Origin: an uncultured Actinomycetota bacterium
Lineage (GTDB): Bacteria; Actinomycetota; Thermoleophilia; RBG-16-64-13
DNA: 64,000 nt
Direction of reading: 5' to 3'
Assembly: GCA_963803925.1 (NCBI GenBank)
Contig: CAWDOM010000011.1
Span: forward strand, 49,949 to 113,948
Program-made: the position numbers and the translations under genes
Part shown: piece by piece, positions 54,918 to 62,603 of the stretch
Position numbering within the stretch: position 1 is the stretch's first letter
How the letters are laid out: each line of letters opens with the position of its first letter
Notes under the pieces: model-generated
Database searches by the model: none
What the model was told of the DNA's origin: nothing
The model's input: only the letters and a program-made list of their open reading frames with translations

Positions 54918-55136
54918 CTATCCTCTCTCGCGATCGCGTCTGACCAGCTCTTCGCTCGGGACGGATAGGTACGGCATGCTCTCGCGCAGGTCGGAATGAC
55001 TCGGAGCAGACCGGGACGGACCAGGAGCGACGAGCTTGGCAAGCACGCGTCCGTGCCGGGTTATCAGGATCTCCCGGTCGCCTTCGACGATCTCTCCCAG
55101 CGAGGAAAGGGAGTCGCGCAACTGCCGAATGGACAT
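54918..55136 (-). CDS. Type II antitoxin partner of VapC (Phd/YefM-like N-terminus)
   Basis: MSIRQLRDSLSSLGEIVEGDREILITRHGRVLAKLV. Its stop lies 2 nt before the vapC start. The longer ORF call (to 55178) has no better RBS. Confidence 0.7.
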   Translation of the reverse strand: MSIRQLRDSLSSLGEIVEGDREILITRHGRVLAKLVAPGPSRSAPSHSDLRESMPYLSVPSEELVRRDRERG

Positions 55137-55169
55137 GGTACGCACTTTGACTCTCCGGCAGATGGGGCT

Positions 55170-55200
55170 TTGTGACACAATCAGTGTTATTGTGTCACAA
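55170..55200 (-). promoter_or_regulatory. Perfect 12-nt inverted repeat TTGTGACACAAT-N7-ATTGTGTCACAA upstream of the antitoxin-vapC operon (putative operator)
   Basis: Read directly. Each arm is itself near-palindromic (TTGTG-A-CACAA). Confidence 0.6.
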
Positions 55201-55333
55201 ACGGCGGCCCGTCACAAGACACCCCGCCGCTAACGCCCCGCGCGCGACCGATGGCTCGCGACCCAACGCTGATTCAAGCATGCCGGCGATCTTCCGAGGC
55301 GGACCTAACCGGATCTGAACCAGGGTAGCGCCG

Positions 55334-56236
55334 CTACTCCGCTGCCCGGTAGTACCCCGCCCACTTGGCGTCAATCCGGGCCTGCACGTCGGCCACCTGC
55401 TCCTCGGTCATCACCCTGAAGCGTGACTGCGTCTTCAGGTAGTCGGCGACCGGCACCAGGCGCCGTTTCTCCACCAGTTTCTCCGACGCCCCGGTCAGCC
55501 TGAACTCGCCGCGCTCCACTTCGTAAAGGTCGAAGTAGCCGGTCTCGATGGCCAGGCGGCCGATCTTGATGGAGTAGCGCGGATCGAAGCCCCAGCCGGG
55601 CGGGCAGGGCGTGTGGATGTGGATGTACTTGGTGCCCTGCATCTCGACGGCCTTCTTGATCTTGTCGAAGAGGTCGAGCGGATAGGCGGCCGAAGCCGTG
55701 GCCACGTAGTCGATGCCGTGGGCGGCCATGATGGCGGGAACGTCCTTCTTCTGTTGGAGCTTGCCCTTGAAGGGCGTGTTGGCGGTGATGGCTCCCTGGG
55801 GAGTGGTGCCCGAGCGCTGCACGCCGGTGTTCATGTAGCCCTCGTTGTCGTAGCACATGAACAGGAAGTTGTCGCCCCGCTCGGCCGCGCCCGAAAGGGC
55901 CTGGATGCCGATGTCGGCCGTGCCCCCGTCGCCCGCCCAGCCGACCACCTTGATGTGGTCGCGCCCCTGGGCCTTGAGCGCCTCGATGACGCCGGTGGCC
56001 GCGGCCGCTGTCGAAGCGAAGGTGACATTCAGACAGGGCAGCTTGGTCGAAGTGACCGGAAAGAGTCCCTGTAGCACGGTCAGACAACTGGGCGGCACCA
56101 CCAAGATGGTTTCGGGGCCCAACGCCTTGAGGCCGATGCGGTAGGCGATGCTGAGTCCGCAGCCGGTGCAGGCGCGGTTGCCGGGCTGTACGTACTCCTC
56201 CCTGGGGAGGGTGAGAATCGTCGTCTTTGCAGTCAT
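55334..56236 (-). CDS. porB: 2-oxoacid:ferredoxin oxidoreductase beta subunit (TPP-binding)
   Basis: ACTGCGLSIAYRIGLKAL...GWAGDGGTADIGIQALSGAAERG...MCYDNEGYMNTG. Confidence 0.85.
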   Translation of the reverse strand: MTAKTTILTLPREEYVQPGNRACTGCGLSIAYRIGLKALGPETILVVPPSCLTVLQGLFPVTSTKLPCLNVTFASTAAAATGVIEALKAQGRDHIKVVGWAGDGGTADIGIQALSGAAERGDNFLFMCYDNEGYMNTGVQRSGTTPQGAITANTPFKGKLQQKKDVPAIMAAHGIDYVATASAAYPLDLFDKIKKAVEMQGTKYIHIHTPCPPGWGFDPRYSIKIGRLAIETGYFDLYEVERGEFRLTGASEKLVEKRRLVPVADYLKTQSRFRVMTEEQVADVQARIDAKWAGYYRAAE

Positions 56237-56253
56237 CGTAAGGACTCCTCAAA

Positions 56254-56414
56254 GAGGCTGCTGGAGCATGACGTCTCGCCGCCAGAGCGTGCTGGGCATG
56301 CGGGGGAGGAGGACGCAGGGAGCTCTCGTAGCAGCGCTACGGGTGCGACCGAGGATGTGCTGGCCCGCCGCTCAGTGCGCTCTGGTGGCCGGGAGCTCAT
56401 GCTACTGCAGCCTC
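56254..56414 (-). mobile_element. Copy C, a diverged member of the MITE-like repeat family that fills the porA-porB spacer
   Basis: 161 nt bounded by GAGGCTGCTGGAG (56254..56266) and CTACTGCAGCCTC (56402..56414), an 11/13 inverted match. The first ~49 nt are ~71% identical to the same end of copy A (35/49 by hand). Confidence 0.5.
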
Positions 56415-56415
56415 G

Positions 56416-57615
56416 TCATAGCTTGATTCCGATCCAGTTGGGACCAGCTTGGGGCGTTCCGGCGATGGCGTCGCGTACGGTGTTCGCCAAGTCGGCGGTG
56501 CGGATCTCGCGGCCGCCGATGCCGGCCACGAGCCCCCTCACCGGCGGGGCGCCGCCGTTGCCCGCGGCGTGGTCGTAGAGCGCGGCCTTGACGTCGGAGC
56601 ACAAGGCGCCTTCGTAGCCATACGAGATCGCCTTCTCGATGACGATCACGCCGCGCTTGCCGAGCAGCGCCTCCGCCACGGCGGTGTCGGGGAAGGGGCG
56701 ATAGAACCGGATTCCCGTCACGCCGACTTTGACGCCTTCGGCCCGCAGGGTGTCGATGACGTCGTGGAGTTGGTAGGTGAGTGAGCCCATGCCCACTACC
56801 ACGTGTTCCGCGTCGTCACAGCGGTAGGGCTCGAGCAGGGCGTTGCCGCCCCGGCCGAGTATCTTGGCGTACTCATCCTCGATCTCTTGGGCTACGATCA
56901 ACGCCGACCGCATGTCTTCTTGCAGTAGGTAACGTATCTCCATATAGCCGTGAGCCACCTCGCCCATGACGTCCACGCGTGTATCGGGCAGCGTCACGGT
57001 GTTGAGACTGGCCGGGTTAGCCGGATCGAGGGGATAGGCCGGCCTGAAGGGCTTGAGGAACGTGTTCACCTTGTCTTCGTCTGGGACCTCGAACGGCATG
57101 TAGGTGTGCGACAGCAGGTAACCGTCGTAGCAGACCATGACGGGGATGCTCACCGCCTCGGCGAGCGCGAAGGCCTTGAGCACGCCGTCGATGATCTGCT
57201 GGTGGTCGCAGGCGTGGATCTGGATCCAGCCCGTGTCGCGCTGCGAGGTGGAGTCCTGGTGGTCGTTCCAGATGTTCCAGGGGGCGCCCACGGCTCGGTT
57301 GACCACGCACATGACTATCGGCAGGCGGGCGCCCGCGGCCCAGTGCACCTGCTCGTGCATGTAGAGCAGGCCATTGGCGCTGGTCGCGGTGAATGTCCGG
57401 GCCCCGGTGGAACTCGCCGCGATGCAGGTGGCGAGGGCCGAGTGCTCGCTCTCGACCATGACGTACTGCGCCTTCATCTCGCCGGCCTCGATGAACTCCG
57501 AGAGTTTCTCGGTGAGCGGGGTCTGCGGCGTGATGGGGTAGGCGGCGATGACCTGGGCCTGCGCCAGCTTCACGCCGATGGCGGCGGCGACGTTGCCGTT
57601 CTCGATTATGTGCAT
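56416..57615 (-). CDS. porA: 2-oxoacid:ferredoxin oxidoreductase alpha subunit
   Basis: MHIIENGNVAAAIGVKLAQAQVIAAYPITPQTP...SEHSALATCIAASSTGARTFTATSANGLLYMHE. The start overlaps the porD stop by 10 nt. Confidence 0.85.
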   Translation of the reverse strand: MHIIENGNVAAAIGVKLAQAQVIAAYPITPQTPLTEKLSEFIEAGEMKAQYVMVESEHSALATCIAASSTGARTFTATSANGLLYMHEQVHWAAGARLPIVMCVVNRAVGAPWNIWNDHQDSTSQRDTGWIQIHACDHQQIIDGVLKAFALAEAVSIPVMVCYDGYLLSHTYMPFEVPDEDKVNTFLKPFRPAYPLDPANPASLNTVTLPDTRVDVMGEVAHGYMEIRYLLQEDMRSALIVAQEIEDEYAKILGRGGNALLEPYRCDDAEHVVVGMGSLTYQLHDVIDTLRAEGVKVGVTGIRFYRPFPDTAVAEALLGKRGVIVIEKAISYGYEGALCSDVKAALYDHAAGNGGAPPVRGLVAGIGGREIRTADLANTVRDAIAGTPQAGPNWIGIKL

Positions 57616-57953
57616 GGCCGGGCTCCGTCGAGTGAGCAGGCTTCGGGCTCGTTGTCGCCCTCGTGCCACTCGGCCTCGTCGATCATGGTGATGGCCTTGG
57701 TGGGGCACTCCTCGGCGCAGATGCCGCAGCCCTTGCAGTACTCATAGTCGATGGTCGGCGGGATGGTGCGTGTGATCACGCAGTCGGGGCAGTAGAGCCA
57801 GCAGATGAAGCAGGCTTCCGCGCCGCGCTTTGCCGGAGTACAGGTCTCGGTGTTGAGCACGGGGCGCTGGACGCGCCACGACCCGGTACGGCCGCCGTCA
57901 CCGGGGCCCGAGAGGCTGTGAGAAGTCTTGTAGCGATATCCCCGGGTGCCCAC
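57606..57953 (-). CDS. porD: 2-oxoacid:ferredoxin oxidoreductase delta subunit (2x[4Fe-4S])
   Basis: CFICWLYCPDC...CKGCGICAEECP. The GTG start overlaps the porG stop (TAGTG). Confidence 0.8.
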   Translation of the reverse strand: MGTRGYRYKTSHSLSGPGDGGRTGSWRVQRPVLNTETCTPAKRGAEACFICWLYCPDCVITRTIPPTIDYEYCKGCGICAEECPTKAITMIDEAEWHEGDNEPEACSLDGARPCT

Positions 57954-58567
57954 TAGCTGCTCCCCATGGCGGTATTCTCATAGGCGAGCTTGGCCGCCTG
58001 TGAGTTGGCCTGCGGCTTCTTTGATCGGAACTCGGTCTCGATCTCCTCGACGACCACCTCGAACGGCACTGGCGGCTGCCGGAAGACGGAGTCTCTGCCG
58101 CGCGACGAAACGTCGCCTCCAACCAGCCTGAGCGCATCGAAGGCCTTGCACAGCGACCCGATGATGCCCGAGTTCACTCGGCCGTGCGGCAGCCCCGCGT
58201 CGACCGAGAGAGCGGTGACGTCGGCCACCGCGAGCTTCATGCCGTCGAAGTCGTAGCTGCCGTACGGCTTGGGGGTGTTGAGCACGATCAGGCCGCCCGG
58301 CTTGAGCCCGCCGGTGACGTCGGCCTCGGTCAGGAGCAGGTGGTCGAGCACCACCACGATGTCGGGCGTCTCGATGGGGGAGATGTCGTAGATCTTCTCC
58401 TTCGCCAGTTTGAGCGAGGTGAAGACGGGGGCGCCCCGGCGCTCAGTGCCGAATGTGGGGGCCATGACCACTCCCGTATATCCGGAACGGAAGGCGGCGG
58501 TGGCGAATATCTTCGCCGCCGTGATGGCGCCCTGGCCGCCTCTGCCGTGCCAACGGATCTCAATCAT
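57953..58567 (-). CDS. porG: 2-oxoacid:ferredoxin oxidoreductase gamma subunit
   Basis: MIEIRWHGRGGQGAITAAKIFATAAF...VMAPTFGTERRGAPV. AGGAAG RBS. Confidence 0.8.
   Translation of the reverse strand: MIEIRWHGRGGQGAITAAKIFATAAFRSGYTGVVMAPTFGTERRGAPVFTSLKLAKEKIYDISPIETPDIVVVLDHLLLTEADVTGGLKPGGLIVLNTPKPYGSYDFDGMKLAVADVTALSVDAGLPHGRVNSGIIGSLCKAFDALRLVGGDVSSRGRDSVFRQPPVPFEVVVEEIETEFRSKKPQANSQAAKLAYENTAMGSS
58071..58114 (-). repeat. Copy D, a short (~45 nt) derivative of the MITE-like repeat inside porG. It has the left ~35 nt and right ~9 nt of the element joined, with the centre missing.
   Basis: 58071..58105 matches 44863..44897 at 29/35 positions. 58106..58114 matches the other end of copy A (45000..45008). 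It encodes DVSSRGRDSVFRQPP, echoing SRGRDLVSQQPP in the helicase copy. Confidence 0.5.
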
Positions 58568-58681
58568 TGGGATCTTCCTACTGTGTCGTGAACTGCGCGC
58601 AAGGTATTCTACAGAGTCTGCGGCGATTTCGCGGCTACTGAACGATGAAGCCATGGCTGCGCAGACAGGCGTGCCGGCAGC

Positions 58682-59476
58682 ATGGGAGGTCAGATAGGCG
58701 ACATGTACATCGAGTTGGAGAACAAGGGCGACGGGGTGTTTCTTCTCACCATCAACCGGCCCGACGCTCTCAATGCCATGAACGCGACCATGCTAAGCGA
58801 GATGGCCGAGGCCATCGCCCGCGTGGAGGGCGACTGCGAGGCGAGCGTGTTGGTGATCACCGGTACCGGCAGAGCGTTCATCGCCGGCGCCGACATCGCT
58901 CACATGAAGAGCCTGACGCCCGGAGAGGCTACGGCCTGGTCGGAACTCGGTCAGAAGACTGTGGGCATGCTCGCGGGCATGAAGAAGCCCGTCATCGCCG
59001 CTATCAACGGCTACGCTCTCGGTGGCGGTACCGAGTTGGCCCTCGCGTGCGACATCCGTGTAGCCTCCGAGAAGGCGGTGTTCGGGCAACCGGAGGTGAA
59101 GCTGGGCATGATCGCGGGGTTCGGCGGCACTCAGCGCCTGCCGCGTCTGGTCGGGCCCGGCATGGCGAAGGAGATGCTGCTCACCGGCGACCACTACGAT
59201 GCCACCGCAGCCCTGCGGATGGGCCTGGTGAACCATGTGGTGCCTGACCACGAACTGTTGACCTACTGTCTCGACATGGCCAAGCGCATCGCCGCCCGCG
59301 GCCCGAAGGCGGTCCAGCTCAGCAAGGAGGCCGTCGATCGCGGGCTCGACCTCAGTCTATCCAGGGCCTTGGAGCTTGAATCTGAGTTGTACGGATCGGT
59401 GTTCTGCACCGACGAACCGTGTGAGGGTTGTGGAGCATTCTTAGAGAAGAGGGAACCGAAGTGGACTTCAGACTGA
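58682..59476 (+). CDS. Enoyl-CoA hydratase (crotonase family). An alternative ATG exists at 58703.
   Basis: FLLTINRPDALNAMN...TGTGRAFIAGADI...INGYALGGGTELALACDIRVAS. Confidence 0.85.
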   Translation: MGGQIGDMYIELENKGDGVFLLTINRPDALNAMNATMLSEMAEAIARVEGDCEASVLVITGTGRAFIAGADIAHMKSLTPGEATAWSELGQKTVGMLAGMKKPVIAAINGYALGGGTELALACDIRVASEKAVFGQPEVKLGMIAGFGGTQRLPRLVGPGMAKEMLLTGDHYDATAALRMGLVNHVVPDHELLTYCLDMAKRIAARGPKAVQLSKEAVDRGLDLSLSRALELESELYGSVFCTDEPCEGCGAFLEKREPKWTSD

Positions 59477-60601
59477 CAGACGACCAGCAGATGATCAGGG
59501 ACAGCGTTCGCGACTTCTCCCAGAACGAGATCGTCCCCAGGGCCGCCGAGATCGACAAGACCGGTGAGTTCCCGCTCGACATCATCAAGAAGATGAGCGG
59601 TCTCGGCCTCATGGGGCTGCCGATCGCCGAGGAGTACGGGGGCGCCGGCGCCGACTACACCAGCTACTGCCTCGCCCTCGAGGAGATCAGCCGGGCGTGC
59701 GGCTCCACCGGTCTAACTTACGAGGCCCACATCTCGCTGGGCTGCATGCCCATCTACTACTTCGGCACCGAGGAGCAGAAGCGGAAGTACCTGCCGCAGC
59801 TGTGCAGCGGCGAGGCCATCGGCTCCTTCGGTCTGACCGAGCCCGAGGCCGGGTCCGACGCCGGCGGCACCAAGACGACCGCCGTGCTCGACAATGGCGA
59901 GTGGGTCATCAACGGCTCGAAGATCTTCATCACCAACGCGAGCTACGCCAAGTTCGTCACCTGCACGTGCCTCACCGACAAAGGCCAGGGCACGCGGGGC
60001 ATCAGTGCCATCATCGTGCCGACCGACTCCAAGGGCTTCACCTGTCGCGCCGGCTTCGAGAAGCTGGGTCTTCATGGCTCAAACACCACAGAGCTGTTCT
60101 TCGACAACGTGCGGGTGCCCGAAGAGAACTTGGTCGGCAAGCGGGGCGAGGGCTTCAAGCAGTTCCTCAAGGTGCTCGACGGCGGGCGTATCGCCATCGG
60201 GGCAATGGGGGTCGGCATCGCCCAGGCCTGTCTCGACGCCGCCCTCAAGTACGCCAAGGAGCGCGTGCAGTTCGGCCAGCCCATCGGCAAGTTCCAGGCC
60301 GTGCAGTTCAAGCTGGCCGACATCGCCATGAACGTCGAGCTGGCGCAGGCACATGTACCTGAAGGCGGCGTGGCTCAAGGACACCGGCCAGCCCTACGCG
60401 CTGGAGGCCAACTACGCAAAGCTGTTCGGCTCGGAGATCTCCACCAAGGCAGCGCTCGAGGCCATCCAGATCCACGGCGGCTACGGCTACATCAAGGAGT
60501 TCCCGGTGGAGCGCTACCTGCGCGACGCCAAACTGCTCGAGATCGGCGAGGGCACGTCGGAAGTCATCAGACTGGTCATCGCGCGGAGTCTCGGCCTGTA
60601 G
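59461..60601 (+). CDS. Acyl-CoA dehydrogenase (butyryl-CoA dehydrogenase-like), with a frame break near 60344..60347
   Basis: [24 protein letters not shown]...[16 protein letters not shown]...[20 protein letters not shown]. The C-terminus continues in ORF 60353..60601 (YLKAAWLKD...[32 protein letters not shown]). Confidence 0.8.
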
Positions 60602-60637
60602 GCGGGAGTCCCGCCGCGCGGCGGGCGATAGAGCGAG

Positions 60638-60679
60638 AGAGGCCCCGCGGGATCGCAGATCCCGCGGGGCCTCTTTGTC
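60638..60679. terminator. Intrinsic-terminator-like hairpin with a 17-bp stem (AGAGGCCCCGCGGGATC-GCA-GATCCCGCGGGGCCTCT) followed by TTTGT, between convergent genes
   Basis: Read directly. Confidence 0.7.
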
Positions 60680-60764
60680 ACTGGGCCAGGTTCGCGGCGG
60701 CGCCGAGTCGCGCCCGGCGGCGCGCGAGGCTACGCCGCGGCCGGCGCCCGATGCCGCCGGCGAT

Positions 60765-61433
60765 TCAGTGACGCCAGGAACAGGTAGCCTGGTTGGCGCA
60801 GAACTCGCAGGGAGAGCCGACCGTGGTGGCCGTGTAGCCGGGGCCGATGCCGATGAGGAGCGAGGCCGACTTCTGGGGGACGAGCATGCCTGCCTCGGTC
60901 AGGCTCACGCCGATCGCAGTCACATCCACGTGGCCGCAGAGCGCTTTCTGCTCGCTGAGGGCCCAGCCGGAGAGCTGCCCCGGGGCGAGCTCGGCGCCCA
61001 CTCCCCAGCCGCGCCCGGCGGCCTCGGCCTCGGCGAGGCGGCGCACCCGGGTCATCACGGCGTCGAGCGCGAAGACCCCGGCCTCGCCCAGCATGTAGCC
61101 GTCGAGGTTGCGACCTGTCGCCATGAGCTCCCGGGCCTCCTGCTCGAGGGCGCCGCCGATGGTGCAGACCGCGACGCATGCCAAGTCGGCTTCGTCCATG
61201 AGGTGGGCGTGTCTCCCCAGGTGCAGTCGAGTCCCCCCGAGGAGTACCAGGTCTTTCTCGCCACGACGCGACGGTAGCCACTCGTACGCGAGAGCGGGAC
61301 CGGCGAGACGACCCGCCTCGCCGACCGCCCAGCGGGCCGAGCCGCGAACGGTCTCGTGCTGCAGCCTTTGCCCCGCCTGATCCTCGAACAGGGCGAAGTC
61401 CAGGTCCAAAGTCATGTCGGTGATGGTTGGCAT
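60765..61433 (-). CDS. Stand-alone protein resembling the methionine synthase B12 activation domain (Met_synt_B12-like)
   Basis: ELAPGQLSGWALSEQKALCGHVDVTAIGVSLTEAGMLVPQKSASLLIGIG resembles the PGYP...Q..LF.LL...IG..LTES..M.P..SVSG signature as I remember it. Confidence 0.5.
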   Translation of the reverse strand: MPTITDMTLDLDFALFEDQAGQRLQHETVRGSARWAVGEAGRLAGPALAYEWLPSRRGEKDLVLLGGTRLHLGRHAHLMDEADLACVAVCTIGGALEQEARELMATGRNLDGYMLGEAGVFALDAVMTRVRRLAEAEAAGRGWGVGAELAPGQLSGWALSEQKALCGHVDVTAIGVSLTEAGMLVPQKSASLLIGIGPGYTATTVGSPCEFCANQATCSWRH

Positions 61434-61499
61434 GAGGACATTGTTCCATTGAACGGCGCCGGTTGGTAGCCGGCAGGCGGCGGGCGGCCGGGCGCGGCG

Positions 61500-62603
61500 C
61501 TATTTGCCGGCGATGGGCAGTACGTTCTTCGCGCGCCGCACGTTCGACCAACCGAGGTGGCGCTCGATGGTCGCGGGGATTCTGTCGGGCGGCAGGACGA
61601 ACCTCGCCCCCTTGAGCTTGATGGCCTCTCCCGGCATGCCGTGGACCACCGAGGTCTCCTCGTCTTGGGCGATGGTCACGGCGCCTTGGTCACGCATCTG
61701 GCGTAGCTCCTTCGCGCCGTCTCTGCCCATGCCGGTGAGCAAGACGCCTATGGCGCCGCTGCCGTAGCGGAGGGCCACAGAGCGGAAGAGCACCGAGACC
61801 GACGGCCGCGATGCGTTCTCGGGCGGATCGTCGTTCAGCAAGAGGCGGCCCGACGCGTCGACCACCATGTGCCGGTCGTCGGGAGCGAAATAGACCACGT
61901 CTGGCTCGATGGGCATGCCGTGCTCGCCCACGGCGATGCTGACTCCGGTCGAGTCGGCCAGCCAGCTCACAAGGCTCTTCTGAAAGCCCTTGCTGAGGTG
62001 CTGCACTACGACGATTGGCACCGGAAAGGGCCGGTGTAGGCCGCTGAATATGGTCTGCAACACCGGCGGTCCGCCGGTGGAGGCTCCGATGGCTACGATA
62101 TCAATGCGGCCCGCGGAGAACGTGTTCTGGGTCGGTGTCACCTGCGGCTCGCCGGCGCCGGCTCTCTGCGAGTTCTCGCGCCGCCTGACCACCTTCACCT
62201 CCGACATGGCCCGCACCACACGGATGAGATCGCTGTCGCGGTTCCGGCCGTGATCGCCGGGGCTCCATTGCACGAGCGCGACCGCCCCCGTCTCGAGAGC
62301 GCTGGCCTCCAGCTCGGGGGCTGTCTCCTTGCCCTGTTTGGTGAGCATCACCACGGGCACCGGATACTGGCGCATCATGTCGGCGACCAGCGCGAAGCTC
62401 CCGGGCTTGGGCATGTCGCAATCGACGAGAATCAGGCTGGGCGACAGCTCGCCGACGAGGCGCAGCGCTTTGTCGGCCGTTCCGGCTTCGTCGATCACAT
62501 CGATTTCGGCCGCTGTGTCGAACAAGCGGCGAAGCTGCTCGCGCGCCGCGGGCGAGCGGTCAACGATCAGCAGTCTGACCGCGCCTTGCGAACTCTTGGT
62601 CAC
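61500..62603 (-). CDS. cheB: Chemotaxis response regulator protein-glutamate methylesterase
   Basis: The REC domain (LLIVDRSPAAREQL...ILVDCDMPKPGS) plus the CheB esterase domain (IVAIGASTGGPPVL...VVVQHLSKGF...LLTGMGRDGA...TSVVHGMP). Confidence 0.9.
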   Translation of the reverse strand: MTKSSQGAVRLLIVDRSPAAREQLRRLFDTAAEIDVIDEAGTADKALRLVGELSPSLILVDCDMPKPGSFALVADMMRQYPVPVVMLTKQGKETAPELEASALETGAVALVQWSPGDHGRNRDSDLIRVVRAMSEVKVVRRRENSQRAGAGEPQVTPTQNTFSAGRIDIVAIGASTGGPPVLQTIFSGLHRPFPVPIVVVQHLSKGFQKSLVSWLADSTGVSIAVGEHGMPIEPDVVYFAPDDRHMVVDASGRLLLNDDPPENASRPSVSVLFRSVALRYGSGAIGVLLTGMGRDGAKELRQMRDQGAVTIAQDEETSVVHGMPGEAIKLKGARFVLPPDRIPATIERHLGWSNVRRAKNVLPIAGK

